64,000 nt of DNA from NCBI GenBank assembly GCA_963662285.2, contig CAXXMV010000002.1, positions 960,001 through 1,024,000 on the forward strand, in the 5' to 3' direction. A program made the position numbers and the translations under genes. The notes under the pieces are model-generated. The model was not told the DNA's origin, did no database searches, and saw nothing but the letters and a program-made list of their open reading frames with translations. Numbering within the stretch: position 1 is the stretch's first letter; every line of letters starts with the position of its first letter. The DNA is from a bacterium. GTDB lineage: Bacteria > Hinthialibacterota > Hinthialibacteria > Hinthialibacterales > Hinthialibacteraceae. This document shows, piece by piece, positions 1 through 10,380 of the stretch.

Positions 1-1
1 T

Positions 2-1795
2 CTGGACGAGATTTACATGAGCGCCGTGCAGGCCATGACCGGTTCGGGCGGGTGGCCGATGTCCGTCTTTTTAACTCCTGATCTTAAGCCGTTTTTCGGT
101 GGTACCTATTTTCCACCCCGGGATATGCAAGGTCGTCCCGGATTTCCCGGTCTGCTTAAATCCGTCGGAGAATTCTACACAGCCCATCGCCAGGAAATTA
201 ACCAGAGCGCTGAACAACTTACCCAACGCATTAAAGAGATGATGGCTACGCCTAAGAGTGACGCTAAGGTGGATTATTCGACTATAGAACATTGCGTCAA
301 AGAGTTATCGGCCAGGTTTGATCCGGCCTACGGTGGTTTCGGTCCCGCTCCTAAATTTCCCCACAGCATGGATATTGCCCTTTTGCTGAGATACGTAAAA
401 AAGACTGGAGATGAAAAAGTTTTGCAGATGGCCGAATTTAGTCTGGAAAAAATGGCCCGAGGCGGGATGTATGATCAGATAGGTGGAGGATTTCATCGAT
501 ACTCAACCGACGCTCAGTGGTTGATTCCCCATTTCGAGAAGATGCTATACGATAATGCTCTGCTGGCCAAAACCTACACCGAAGCCTATCAATTTACCAA
601 AAATCCCTTTTATAAAAAGATTGTGCAAGATACTCTGGATTACGTCCTGCGCGAAATGACGTCGCCTGAAGGCGGCTTCTATTCGGCGCAGGATGCTGAC
701 AGTGAAGGCCGGGAAGGAATATTTTTCAGTTGGACTCCAGAACAGATCACTGGGGTTGTCGGTGAAGAAAATGCACCAATTGTCATGCGGTATTTCGGTT
801 TTCAAAAAGGCGGCAACTTTGAAGAGGGAACCAGCGTCCTGCACAGACCGGAAGATGCTGCAATAATAGAAAAGGCTTTCGGAATTTCCAGTGAGCAATT
901 ATTACAAATTATTGATGAAGCCAAAAAGAAACTTTTCCATGAACGCGAAAAACGAATCAAACCGGGACGCGATGAGAAAATCCTGACGGACTGGAACGGT
1001 CTAATGATTTCAGCCATGGCTTTTGCTGGTAATGCTTTGGCCGAGCCTAAATATATCGATGCAGCCAGCAACGCCAGCCGTTTTATATCCAGAAATCTAT
1101 CGAATGAATCAGGCTTGTATCATACCTACAAAGATGGCCGCGCTCATATAAACGGCTTTTTAAGCGACTACTCGTTTATGATTCATGGGCTGCTGGATAC
1201 CTATGAAGCGAGTCGCAATCCTGAATTGCTTAAACAATCCATAGATTTGTCGAGAGTGATGATTACCCGTTTCTGGGATGATGAGCAGGGCGCATTCTTT
1301 TTTACTTCGAATAATCATGAAAAACTGATTGCGCGATCAAAAAATCCAATGGATAACGCTATCCCTTCCGGTAACTCCATAGCCATTCTCTGTTTACTGC
1401 GTATCTCGGAGATGACAGGAGATGCAGGGTTCCGCGAAAAAGCCCATCAGAGTTTGGCCTTCTTCTCAACTAGCCTAAGTCGTATGCCCAGCGTCTTTAC
1501 TCAGATGCTGGCTGCCTTGGATTTCCATCTTGGAGCGCCGCAGGAAATCGTTTTGGCTGGCAAAGACGACGTGAGTCTAACCGAAATGCAGCATTCAATC
1601 TTTGCTGATTTTTATCCTAACAAGGTTGTACTATATTCCCACCCGGCAGTGGCCGAGAAACTGACATCACTCGCGCAAGTTGTTGAAGGCAAAACGCAGT
1701 TGAATGGCTCTTCCACTGCTTATGTGTGTCAGGATTTCTCCTGTCGTCAGCCAGTCTCTTCGATTACTGAATTAAAAGAGCAACTTGAGCATTAA
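2..1795 (+). CDS. Thioredoxin-domain/(alpha/alpha)6-barrel protein, YyaL/SSP411 (DUF255) family; 5'-truncated by the window edge
   Basis: Frame is open from nt 2 (LDEIYMSAVQ...). Motifs GGWPMSVFLTPD, GGFGPAPKFP, GGFHRYSTD, PHFEKMLYDN, DADSEG, DNAIPSGNS. Confidence 0.9.
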   Translation: MDEIYMSAVQAMTGSGGWPMSVFLTPDLKPFFGGTYFPPRDMQGRPGFPGLLKSVGEFYTAHRQEINQSAEQLTQRIKEMMATPKSDAKVDYSTIEHCVKELSARFDPAYGGFGPAPKFPHSMDIALLLRYVKKTGDEKVLQMAEFSLEKMARGGMYDQIGGGFHRYSTDAQWLIPHFEKMLYDNALLAKTYTEAYQFTKNPFYKKIVQDTLDYVLREMTSPEGGFYSAQDADSEGREGIFFSWTPEQITGVVGEENAPIVMRYFGFQKGGNFEEGTSVLHRPEDAAIIEKAFGISSEQLLQIIDEAKKKLFHEREKRIKPGRDEKILTDWNGLMISAMAFAGNALAEPKYIDAASNASRFISRNLSNESGLYHTYKDGRAHINGFLSDYSFMIHGLLDTYEASRNPELLKQSIDLSRVMITRFWDDEQGAFFFTSNNHEKLIARSKNPMDNAIPSGNSIAILCLLRISEMTGDAGFREKAHQSLAFFSTSLSRMPSVFTQMLAALDFHLGAPQEIVLAGKDDVSLTEMQHSIFADFYPNKVVLYSHPAVAEKLTSLAQVVEGKTQLNGSSTAYVCQDFSCRQPVSSITELKEQLEH

Positions 1796-1838
1796 GAGTG
1801 CATTTTGTTGTTTTTTACTTTTTTTCTTCAACAATACA

Positions 1839-1869
1839 TAGGGCACGCCTCTTGTGGGCGCCCGGAATT
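1839..1869 (+). repeat. REP-like palindrome, family D
   Basis: TAGGGCACGCCTCTTGTGGGCGCCCGGAATT; an interrupted reverse-complement copy lies at 54184-54358. Confidence 0.7.
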
Positions 1870-2037
1870 TCCAATAACCAGTTATAATAGAATATTCCTG
1901 AATAATTCTAGTCAAAACAATGAATCAACAGTTATCCATAATCCGGTGAAATTTTGAACCAGATGAAAAAATCTTAATCGCAGTTATAATGATTATAGAA
2001 ATCGTTTCTTCTTATAATCCAACAGGAATCTAACAAC

Positions 2038-2982
2038 ATGCTATTCGATATTCTTTATATTCTCTTAGGTGCAGCATTATTATATTTCGGCGGTGAAGGG
2101 TTGGTGCGTGGAGCGTCTTCATTAGCTCGCGCCTTGGGCGTTTCTTCTCTGGTTATCGGGCTTACCGTCGTCGCTTTCGCCACGTCCTGTCCCGAATTAT
2201 TCTCAGCATTAGTTGCAGCCTTAAAAGATGAACCTGATATAGCCCTGGGCACGGTGGTTGGTTCGAATATCGCTAATATAGGTCTAGTGCTGGGTTTAAC
2301 CGCTATCATTTTCCCCTTGGCGGCGCAGCGTAAATTTATACGGCGTGAAGTGCCAATCATGATTCTATCAGGCGCTTTGCTCTTTCCCATCTGCTGGAAT
2401 GGCGTTATCGGACGAAGCGAAGGCGCTTTTTTTATATTTCTCCTAATTGGATTTCTGCTCTATCAGGTTCGTAGAAGCCGTCAGGATTCTGAGAATCATC
2501 CTTTGGAAGAAACAATCGAAAAGATGCCGCCTCAATTGGGACGTTCAATTGTCTTTATCGTTGTAGGAATAGTAATGCTGGTATTCGGCGCACATTACCT
2601 TATCGAAGGCGCGTCAGCCATCGCTACAAAGATTGGAATTTCTAAACACGTCATCGGGCTAACCCTGGTCGCTTTTGGAACCAGTCTGCCCGAAATTGCC
2701 AGCAGCATCATCGCTGCTATCAGGCGAGAACCTGATATGGTCTTAGGTAATCTGGTCGGCTCAAACATCTTTAATGTACTCTGCATCCTGGGAATCACTA
2801 CCACTATCTGCCCCATTTCGGTCAATTGGTCTAAGTCGGTTATAGATTTATCGGTGATGCTGCTGATAACATTCCTGGTATTTCCTTTCCTTTCCTCCGG
2901 ATACCGTCTCCAGCGCCGCGAGGGTTTTGTTTTGGTATCTCTCTACGTGATTTATGCCGGTTATCTTTTTACTACTGCTTAA
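2038..2982 (+). CDS. yrbG: Calcium/sodium antiporter (CaCA, YrbG family)
   Basis: Two alpha-repeats, ATSCPEL...GSNIAN and GTSLPE...GSNIFN; about 10 TM segments. Confidence 0.9.
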   Translation: MLFDILYILLGAALLYFGGEGLVRGASSLARALGVSSLVIGLTVVAFATSCPELFSALVAALKDEPDIALGTVVGSNIANIGLVLGLTAIIFPLAAQRKFIRREVPIMILSGALLFPICWNGVIGRSEGAFFIFLLIGFLLYQVRRSRQDSENHPLEETIEKMPPQLGRSIVFIVVGIVMLVFGAHYLIEGASAIATKIGISKHVIGLTLVAFGTSLPEIASSIIAAIRREPDMVLGNLVGSNIFNVLCILGITTTICPISVNWSKSVIDLSVMLLITFLVFPFLSSGYRLQRREGFVLVSLYVIYAGYLFTTA

Positions 2983-3123
2983 CTCCATTACCTGTATAAC
3001 CTTTGTTTATTATCACCATTTTATGAAACAGATTTTATTATATGCTTCGTGACAGTTTTTGACGTCTATGGATAGTGGTTTCTATATGTGATGCTATCTT
3101 AATATATAGACAGGAGAGTTGTC

Positions 3124-3711
3124 ATGCATATAATAAAACAATATGGATTCACCCTGATTGAATTGTTGATCGTCGTCGCCATCATCGGAATTCTTGCCGC
3201 TATTGCAGTTCCAAATTTTCTTAATGCTCAAATGAAAGCCAAAATCGCTCGAACCGCCGCCGATATGAAGGCCGTCTCCACATCGTTGGAGCAGTATTAT
3301 CTTGATTGGAACAGTTACGTCGAAGATCATGACTATCCCACAGATACTACTCAAAGAGGTCTTTTTCGATTAACAACCCCAATGTCTTACATGTCTGCGC
3401 TTCCCCTGGATGCGTTTGCAACGGGTCATACGCAGAGTTTCTCCGAAAATAATCCAAATTACGAATTTGGATCAGGTAATGCTGGAAAAGCAGGTAAGCA
3501 ATGGCCCGCTCAAGCTTATATCATAATTTCCGCCGGTCCTGATCTTGATGAACAGGTTGATGGAAATGATGGCTTTCCCTTTGGCGTAACAATCTTCAGT
3601 TACGATCCCAGTAACGGCCTGTCCAGCAGCGGCGATATCACCGTTTTGGGTGGACGTTGGAACTCCGGTCGTATTTTGCGGGATAATAAATGGATCGCTG
3701 GTGGAAATTAA
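3124..3711 (+). CDS. Prepilin-type N-terminal cleavage/methylation protein (pseudopilin-like)
   Basis: G|FTLIE class III signal followed by a hydrophobic helix; AGGAG RBS upstream; paralog at 61136. Confidence 0.9.
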   Translation: MHIIKQYGFTLIELLIVVAIIGILAAIAVPNFLNAQMKAKIARTAADMKAVSTSLEQYYLDWNSYVEDHDYPTDTTQRGLFRLTTPMSYMSALPLDAFATGHTQSFSENNPNYEFGSGNAGKAGKQWPAQAYIIISAGPDLDEQVDGNDGFPFGVTIFSYDPSNGLSSSGDITVLGGRWNSGRILRDNKWIAGGN

Positions 3712-3748
3712 AGGGGATTGTTTACAAAAAAAAACAGATCAAACAATA

Positions 3749-3781
3749 GTACAAAGTCCCAGAATAAAAGGGACTTTGTAC
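3749..3781. terminator. Hairpin terminator between convergent genes
   Basis: GTACAAAGTCCC-9nt-GGGACTTTGTAC, perfect 12-bp stem. Confidence 0.7.
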
Positions 3782-3833
3782 AAATTATATGTTTTGAATA
3801 AATATATGCTTGCGTAAAACGTTTTAGAACTAT

Positions 3834-4946
3834 TTATCCCTTACCATATTCCTTGGCCAGGCGCTGAAGAATTTCGATGCCCCGTTCGATATTTCTGTTA
3901 TCTGATGCATACGAAATTCTGAAATGACTGCTTCGCTCAGAAAATACGCTTCCGGGAACAATCAGCATATTGTTCTCTATGGCTTTCTTTACAAATGCGT
4001 CGCCGTCGCCATTGGGCGCTTCAGGGAAAATGTAAAAAGCTCCGCCGGGTTTTACTACGTTATAGTAAGGCTTCAAGCCTTCATAAATCTTATCCCGCTT
4101 CTCCCGGTAATCATTGCGGAACTCTTCTTTTGATATATCCAGCGCGACCAGTCCGGCGTATTGGGTAAAACTGGGCGCGCAGACGAATGAATACATCTGG
4201 ATATTGATCATGGCGTTGATTATTTCTTGGTTGCCATAAGCATAGCCCAACCGCCATCCGGTCATGGCTGAGGATTTGGAGAATCCAGATAGGATTAGAG
4301 TATCCGGATAATATTGCGCTGGAGATATTAGTTTATCTTCATAAAGAAAATCTTCATAAATTTCATCTGAGATAATCAATATGCCGTGTTTGGCGGCGAC
4401 TTGGGTTACCGCTTTGACCGTATCTTCAGTATAGACTGTACCCGTTGGATTGCTGGGGCTGTTGAGCAGAATTACTTTAGTGCGCGGCGTAATCAAACTT
4501 TCAATCTTATCAGCATCAATTTGGAAATCAGGATATGTATCGAGGTAAACAGGTTTCGCTCCGATAAAATTAACCAGATGCTTATACATGACGAAGTATG
4601 GATCGGGTATGATTATCTCATCGCCTTCATCCAACATGGCCATGAAGGATAGCAACAGGCCGCCCGATACTCCGGAGGTGATCATTACCTCGCCCGAATC
4701 GATCCCGTGTCCCTGGTAGATGCCTCGAACTTTCTCGCGTAGTTCTGGTATTCCGGCGGTCAGGGTATAACTGTTCCTACCTGAATGAATCGCCCGAATT
4801 GCTTCTTCCTTAACTTCATCTGGAATATCAAAATGAGGCTGACCGATTGACAGATTGCATGGGTCTTTCAAATCAGCGGCTAACGCAAATACTTTTCGGA
4901 TGCCGGATGAGTCAATGCGCGACGTTCGTTGTGCGAGTTTTACCAT
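3834..4946 (-). CDS. PLP-dependent aminotransferase class I/II (AspC-like)
   Basis: NSPSNPTG, DEIY and SGFSKSSAMTGWRLG (PLP lysine); GAGG RBS favours the ATG at 4946. Confidence 0.9.
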   Translation of the reverse strand: MVKLAQRTSRIDSSGIRKVFALAADLKDPCNLSIGQPHFDIPDEVKEEAIRAIHSGRNSYTLTAGIPELREKVRGIYQGHGIDSGEVMITSGVSGGLLLSFMAMLDEGDEIIIPDPYFVMYKHLVNFIGAKPVYLDTYPDFQIDADKIESLITPRTKVILLNSPSNPTGTVYTEDTVKAVTQVAAKHGILIISDEIYEDFLYEDKLISPAQYYPDTLILSGFSKSSAMTGWRLGYAYGNQEIINAMINIQMYSFVCAPSFTQYAGLVALDISKEEFRNDYREKRDKIYEGLKPYYNVVKPGGAFYIFPEAPNGDGDAFVKKAIENNMLIVPGSVFSERSSHFRISYASDNRNIERGIEILQRLAKEYGKG

Positions 4947-5055
4947 TATCAACCTCTTTGCTATTTACGTTTATTCTTCCATAAATAAAATTGAATAAAA
5001 TTTCAAAATCATAAAGCATAATACAAGCATCATGTGTACTTGTCGATTACTCTAA

Positions 5056-6372
5056 TTACGCGCCGAAAACTTTTACGCCCTCAACATATGTTTCCTGGAC
5101 TTTGAATGAATATTCATCACCGTTTTTCTTGATTGTACCAACAACCAGATCGGCCTTTTTGCCGACTGCAATACTGCCATCGTCGCGGCAGTTGTCATCT
5201 AACATAGCCTGATGGGTGGCGCAAAGTTTGGCAGCGCGCACAAAGGCTATTTCAGGCGGCATGGCCGGGTGATCATACCAATGCCCCTGAACCGGGTGAG
5301 TCTGTATGGAAACCAGATTACCGAAGGCGCGATCCATGCTTAAAAGACTGCTGCATAGCGTGTTCCGGGGCGCTGCAATTCTCGAACCATCCAGGTTTAA
5401 ATACGCCGTAGCGCTTAGGAAATTCCCGGCTAAATCACGTTTTGCTATAGTTGATCCGATTGCGAACTCTTCTTCAGGGATATCTTGTTTGATCGGGAAT
5501 AGCGCATCAGTCACTGCAATGATTTTATCGAATCCCCAGCGTTGTGCAGTGCGCCGGATAATATCCAGCAGGTAGCGTTCGTCTACATGCTTCCGGTCGA
5601 CAATCAATTCTTTGTGAATCGGCGAATCCATGGCGCCTTCAAAAGCGCCGCCGCCATCGAACGGTTTGAATGACTGGCCGGTTGGCCCATTAGTGAAATG
5701 TACCATGAACTTAAGTCCAGATTCTTCATACGCTTTGCGGATATGGTCAGCTGAAGCTTTGGAATGTCCAGCGCCGACAATTAATCCCAAATCGCTGGCG
5801 TGACGAATGAGTTTAAATGAAGGTTCTCCATAATCGGGCGCAATGTTGATCAGTTTTACCGATCCGGTATTGTATAATCTGTCCAAAGTATGGATGCAGT
5901 CATCTTTAGAAGGAATCAAACAATATTCTGCGGGTTGCGCACCGCGGCATTCTACATTTAAAAACGTTCCTTCGATATTTATTCCCAGCAGTTTTGCGCC
6001 GTTTCGCCCATTGTCTGGATGATCCATCCACTTGCGGGCTGCGTGACAATAGCGTTCCAGAATTTCCAGCGGCGCTCCGAATGTGGCCAGATAAACGCCT
6101 GTAACTCCATCCTGGGCTAATGATTGCATCACTATCCCGAATCGCTCGATCAATGCTTCTTCCGGTTGGGTGGCCGCCATCGTCTGTCCCACCCAATCGT
6201 GGATATGTTGATCCCGGAATCCTGGTAGGATCAATGTTTCTAAACCGCTTGATACCGGGATTTTATCAAGCGCGGCTACTGCTTGGATATCGCTGTCATT
6301 TATAATGATTTCGTGATGTTGTAGATATTCATCTTTTGTAACTATGCTGCCTCGAATGGTGTGATTTACCAT
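5056..6372 (-). CDS. Divergent NagA-like amidohydrolase (N-acetylglucosamine-6-phosphate deacetylase family)
   Basis: PGFRDQHIHD, INIEGTFL, GAGHS, HFTNG, IVDRKHV, VTDA and GSIAVGKKADLV occur in NagA motif order. Confidence 0.7.
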   Translation of the reverse strand: MVNHTIRGSIVTKDEYLQHHEIIINDSDIQAVAALDKIPVSSGLETLILPGFRDQHIHDWVGQTMAATQPEEALIERFGIVMQSLAQDGVTGVYLATFGAPLEILERYCHAARKWMDHPDNGRNGAKLLGINIEGTFLNVECRGAQPAEYCLIPSKDDCIHTLDRLYNTGSVKLINIAPDYGEPSFKLIRHASDLGLIVGAGHSKASADHIRKAYEESGLKFMVHFTNGPTGQSFKPFDGGGAFEGAMDSPIHKELIVDRKHVDERYLLDIIRRTAQRWGFDKIIAVTDALFPIKQDIPEEEFAIGSTIAKRDLAGNFLSATAYLNLDGSRIAAPRNTLCSSLLSMDRAFGNLVSIQTHPVQGHWYDHPAMPPEIAFVRAAKLCATHQAMLDDNCRDDGSIAVGKKADLVVGTIKKNGDEYSFKVQETYVEGVKVFGA

Positions 6373-6857
6373 GATACTCCCGTTTCTTTATCTTCTTACA
6401 GAGGTTAACTCAAATAGGTAAGTTAATTATGTAAACCTCTTGGCATTATTATTAGCCCAATAATTAAGTCTTTATATACTTTTTGCAATCTTCCGCTGTT
6501 CACTTGTATCTTACTTGTCATCGATAATAAAAAAATGATTTGAGTATATACATAATAATACTTATTTATAGTGCTATTATGGGCACTATAAAAATCATGA
6601 ACAAGCCTTGTCCTTTCTTGAATTAGAGTTATAACTTATTATATATCAATAAGTTCATTAATGAATACGCTGTTAAGACATTCGAAGGAATTTCGATTGG
6701 TCTGAGCTATTTATTATAAATACTTATGAATACGTAGTTTAATTTTTTTTATGACAAAAACACGAACTGCAATTTACATGACTAGCTGATCTGTTATTGT
6801 TATATGACTTGCTTACCTGAAATAATATCCCATTGCATCAAGAAATTGGGAGGCGAA

Positions 6858-7484
6858 ATGAATACTGTTCCAGAATCTCCATTTTTACTTAGGCGTTTTC
6901 AATCACTGCTTGGCATTATCCCCGTTGGGGCCTTTTTGTGTGAACACGCCTTCACCAATAGTCTGGCTTTTTTTTATGGTCCAGAAAAATTCAATGAGGC
7001 GGTAGCCTTTCTGCAAGGGCTTCCATTTGTATATTGCATGGAACTCGGGCTGATTGGCGCTCCAATTTTAATACATGCGCTAATTGGATTTTATATTTGG
7101 ATATTCGGGCAATCCAATATCCAATATTACGGATACCTGCGCAACTGGTTATACAGTTTCCAGCGTTGGACCGGTATCGCGGCTTTTATCTTCATTCTCT
7201 ATCACGTTTATAAACTGAGGTTGGAGTGGGCCATTAAGGGTGATATCGAGCATATCAGCTTTGCGTATGTCCAAACCTATTTTGACAGCCTGTTTAACAT
7301 CGGCTTTTATACTATCGGTGTTGCGGCGTGCGTTTTCCACTTCGCCAACGGGCTTTGGAATTTCCTGGTTAAATGGGGGATTACCGTAGGTGAACGGGCG
7401 CAGATGGCTTCTGGATATGCTTGCAGCGTCATAGGCATCGGCGTCTTTGTGTTATTTATGACTTCGCTTTGCGCTTTCATCTGA
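6858..7484 (+). CDS. sdhC: Succinate dehydrogenase/fumarate reductase cytochrome b558 subunit (Bacillus-type, dihaem)
   Basis: GGAGG RBS before ATG 6858; SLLGIIPVG, RNWLYSFQRWTG, FHFANGLW; four candidate haem His (CEH, LIH, LYH, VFH). Confidence 0.9.
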   Translation: MNTVPESPFLLRRFQSLLGIIPVGAFLCEHAFTNSLAFFYGPEKFNEAVAFLQGLPFVYCMELGLIGAPILIHALIGFYIWIFGQSNIQYYGYLRNWLYSFQRWTGIAAFIFILYHVYKLRLEWAIKGDIEHISFAYVQTYFDSLFNIGFYTIGVAACVFHFANGLWNFLVKWGITVGERAQMASGYACSVIGIGVFVLFMTSLCAFI

Positions 7485-7524
7485 TATTGGGAGAATCCGG
7501 TTACCAAAAAGAGGTTAAACGATC

Positions 7525-9396
7525 ATGGCTCAACCGAAATTTTTAGTTGTCGGCGGCGGACTCGCAGGTTTGATGACCGTCATCAAATTGGCCGAAGCGG
7601 GTCATCATGTGGATATTTTCTCCGTTGTTCCTTGCAAGCGCTCACACTCGGTTTGCGCCCAGGGCGGCATTAATGGAGCGGTTAACACCAAAGGTGAAGG
7701 CGATTCACCTGATATCCATTTTTACGACACGGTCAAAGGCGGCGATTTTCTGGCGCATCAGCCTTTCTGTAAGGATATGTGCTACAAGGCGCCTGCGGTG
7801 GTCTATTTGATGGATCGCATGGGCGTAACCTTTAATCGAACCCCTGAAGGCTTACTCGACTTCCGCCGTTTCGGCGGCACCCTATATAACCGCACGGCAT
7901 TTGCCGGCGCTACCACCGGCCAACAGCTGCTTTATGCGCTCGACGAACAGGTTCGGCGGTTTGAAGTCGATGGATTGGTCAAGAAATATGAAAATCTTGA
8001 ATATCTCGGTATGGTAAAAGACGACAATGGCGTTTGCCGGGGTATAGTTACCACTAACCTTGATACCTTGGAGATAGAATCATATAAGGGCGATGCGGTT
8101 ATTCTGGCCACTGGCGGTCCCGGTCTGGTCTTCGGACGTTCCACCAACTCCATGATCAATACCGGCTCTGCGGCCTCATCGGCCTATCAACAAGGCGTTA
8201 AATACGCCAACGGTGAATTCGTCCAAATCCACCCTACCGCCATACCCGGCTATGATAAACTACGCTTGATGTCCGAATCCGCTCGTGGTGAAGGCGGTCG
8301 CATCTGGGTTCCCCGTAAAAAGGGAGATGAACGCGCTCCGGGCGATATCCCCGAATCAGAACGTTACTACTTCCTCGAAGAAAAATACCCCCGTTTCGGC
8401 AATCTGGTTCCCCGCGATATCGCCGCACAGGAAATTTACGATATCTGCGTCAATCAGGAATCCGGCATCAGCGGCGGCAATATGGTCTACCTCGATTTAA
8501 CTCATATTCCACGCGAAGAGCTTGATCGTAAACTTGCCGGCATCATGGAAATCTATGAAAAATTCGCTGGTGATGATCCACGCGATATTGCTATGAAAAT
8601 TTTCCCCGCTGTGCATTACAGCATGGGCGGTCTTTGGGTTGATTACGAGAAGACTCCTGATGGACTTCTCGATCCGAAAAGTCCCCTTAATCACATGACT
8701 AACATTCCGGGCTTTTTCGCAGTAGGTGAGGTCGATTATCAATATCATGGCGCCAACAGGTTGGGAGCGAATTCATTACTATCATGTTTGACCGGGGGAT
8801 TGGTCGCTGGTCCGGCTATGGTCGAATATTGCAATAACTTAAAAGGTTCGGCAGACGATGTTTCCAGTCAACTGTTTGAATCTGAAGAAAAGAAATGGCA
8901 GGAACGCTTCGAAGCTATCAAGTCTATGGATGGCGATGAAAATCCCTACAAACTTCATCAGGAAATGGGCGAACTGATGATCCGTAATTGCACTATCGTC
9001 CGTAATAACAAAGACTTAAGTGATACGGTCGACTCTCTCAACGATTACACCGAACGATGGAAGAAATGCGACTCGCTTGATACTGGCAAAGCGCGTAACC
9101 ATTCGGTGCTATTCATCAATCAACTCTGGAATATGATCGAACTGGCCAAAGTGGTAGCCAAAGGCGCTCTTCTGCGCGACGAATGCCGGGGCAGCCATCT
9201 CAAGCCCGATTGCAAACTTGATCAGCCCAAGGACGTCAAATCTCCAGAATATGAAGCATTCCTCAAAACCTGGAAAGAACTTAATAAAAAATGGCTCAAG
9301 ACTACTATCGCCCAATGGGTTGAGGATGGTCCGAAGATATCTTACGAAGAAGTCGATACCAGTTTGATTGAACCGGTTCCACGTCGGTATGATTGA
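7525..9396 (+). CDS. sdhA: Succinate dehydrogenase flavoprotein subunit
   Basis: GGGLAG, RSHSVCAQGGIN (covalent FAD His), QIHPT, SESARGEGG, HYSMGG, HGANRLGANSL. Confidence 0.97.
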   Translation: MAQPKFLVVGGGLAGLMTVIKLAEAGHHVDIFSVVPCKRSHSVCAQGGINGAVNTKGEGDSPDIHFYDTVKGGDFLAHQPFCKDMCYKAPAVVYLMDRMGVTFNRTPEGLLDFRRFGGTLYNRTAFAGATTGQQLLYALDEQVRRFEVDGLVKKYENLEYLGMVKDDNGVCRGIVTTNLDTLEIESYKGDAVILATGGPGLVFGRSTNSMINTGSAASSAYQQGVKYANGEFVQIHPTAIPGYDKLRLMSESARGEGGRIWVPRKKGDERAPGDIPESERYYFLEEKYPRFGNLVPRDIAAQEIYDICVNQESGISGGNMVYLDLTHIPREELDRKLAGIMEIYEKFAGDDPRDIAMKIFPAVHYSMGGLWVDYEKTPDGLLDPKSPLNHMTNIPGFFAVGEVDYQYHGANRLGANSLLSCLTGGLVAGPAMVEYCNNLKGSADDVSSQLFESEEKKWQERFEAIKSMDGDENPYKLHQEMGELMIRNCTIVRNNKDLSDTVDSLNDYTERWKKCDSLDTGKARNHSVLFINQLWNMIELAKVVAKGALLRDECRGSHLKPDCKLDQPKDVKSPEYEAFLKTWKELNKKWLKTTIAQWVEDGPKISYEEVDTSLIEPVPRRYD

Positions 9397-9455
9397 TGCT
9401 CTGCAAAAACGATTTCAGTAATAATGGTTTGATAATAGTAGCGAGGTAAATAGCA

Positions 9456-10202
9456 ATGGCCAACATGGTTAAGATTAAAATCAAACGGCAAAAAGATCAG
9501 CGCTCTGAACCTTATTGGGAAGAATTTCAGGTCGATTATCAGCCCAATATGAACGTGATCACTCTTTTACAGGAAATTCAGCGCAATCCGGTTACTACCG
9601 ATGGACGTAAAACCACTCCGGTTTCATGGGATTGCAGCTGTCTCGAAGAAGTATGCGGCGCTTGTACGATGGTTATTAATGGAGAAGCGCAACAAGCTTG
9701 CAGCGCTCTAGTCGATAAATTCGAACAGCCAATCATCTTGGAGCCTATGCGTAAGTTCCCTATTATTCATGACTTGGTAGTTAATCGACAACGAATGTTC
9801 GACGCGCTTAAAAAAGTCAAAGCATGGATTCCCATTGACGGCACCTACGACCTTGGACCGGGACCTCGTCAGGCTTCAGCTGATCAAGAGGAAATGTACC
9901 TGTATTCGCGATGCATGACCTGTGGATGTTGCGTAGATTCATGCCCGCAATATACTCCCGATTCGGAATTTGTCGGGCCTTCTGCATTGGGGCAGGTCTT
10001 TCTCTTTAACCAGAATCCAACCGGGAAATTCAATAAAGATGAACGCTTGAATGCTATCATGGGCATAGGCGGCATCCAGGATTGCGGCAACGCCCAAAAC
10101 TGCGTCCGCGTCTGCCCCAAGGAAATCCCTCTTACTACGGGAATCGCGAAACTTAATGGAGCCACGCTAAGCCAAGCGGTAAAAAATTTACTCAAGAAAT
10201 AG
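9456..10202 (+). CDS. sdhB: Succinate dehydrogenase iron-sulfur subunit
   Basis: CLEEVCGAC...C, CMTCGCCVDSCP, CGNAQNCVRVCP. Confidence 0.97.
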   Translation: MANMVKIKIKRQKDQRSEPYWEEFQVDYQPNMNVITLLQEIQRNPVTTDGRKTTPVSWDCSCLEEVCGACTMVINGEAQQACSALVDKFEQPIILEPMRKFPIIHDLVVNRQRMFDALKKVKAWIPIDGTYDLGPGPRQASADQEEMYLYSRCMTCGCCVDSCPQYTPDSEFVGPSALGQVFLFNQNPTGKFNKDERLNAIMGIGGIQDCGNAQNCVRVCPKEIPLTTGIAKLNGATLSQAVKNLLKK

Positions 10203-10220
10203 TTGTAACCTCGTAAGTTT

Positions 10221-10266
10221 ATAAAAAACAGTGGATTCGTTAACATTACGAATCCACTGTTTTTAT
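10221..10266 (+). terminator. Rho-independent terminator of sdhCAB
   Basis: AAAAACAGTGGATTCGT-7nt-ACGAATCCACTGTTTTT. Confidence 0.85.
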
Positions 10267-10313
10267 TTGTTTGGAAAATTCGATGGATAAAATAATTGTC
10301 TTGGTTTTCAGAC

Positions 10314-10351
10314 AAAAAACGCCCCCAGGATTGAAACAATCTTGGGGGCGT
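10314..10351 (-). terminator. Rho-independent terminator of the 10381-12528 gene
   Basis: ACGCCCCCAGGATTG-AAA-CAATCTTGGGGGCGT preceded by A6 on the + strand (U-tract on minus). Confidence 0.8.
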
Positions 10352-10380
10352 AAGTTAATCTTAATACGAAACAAGCAATA

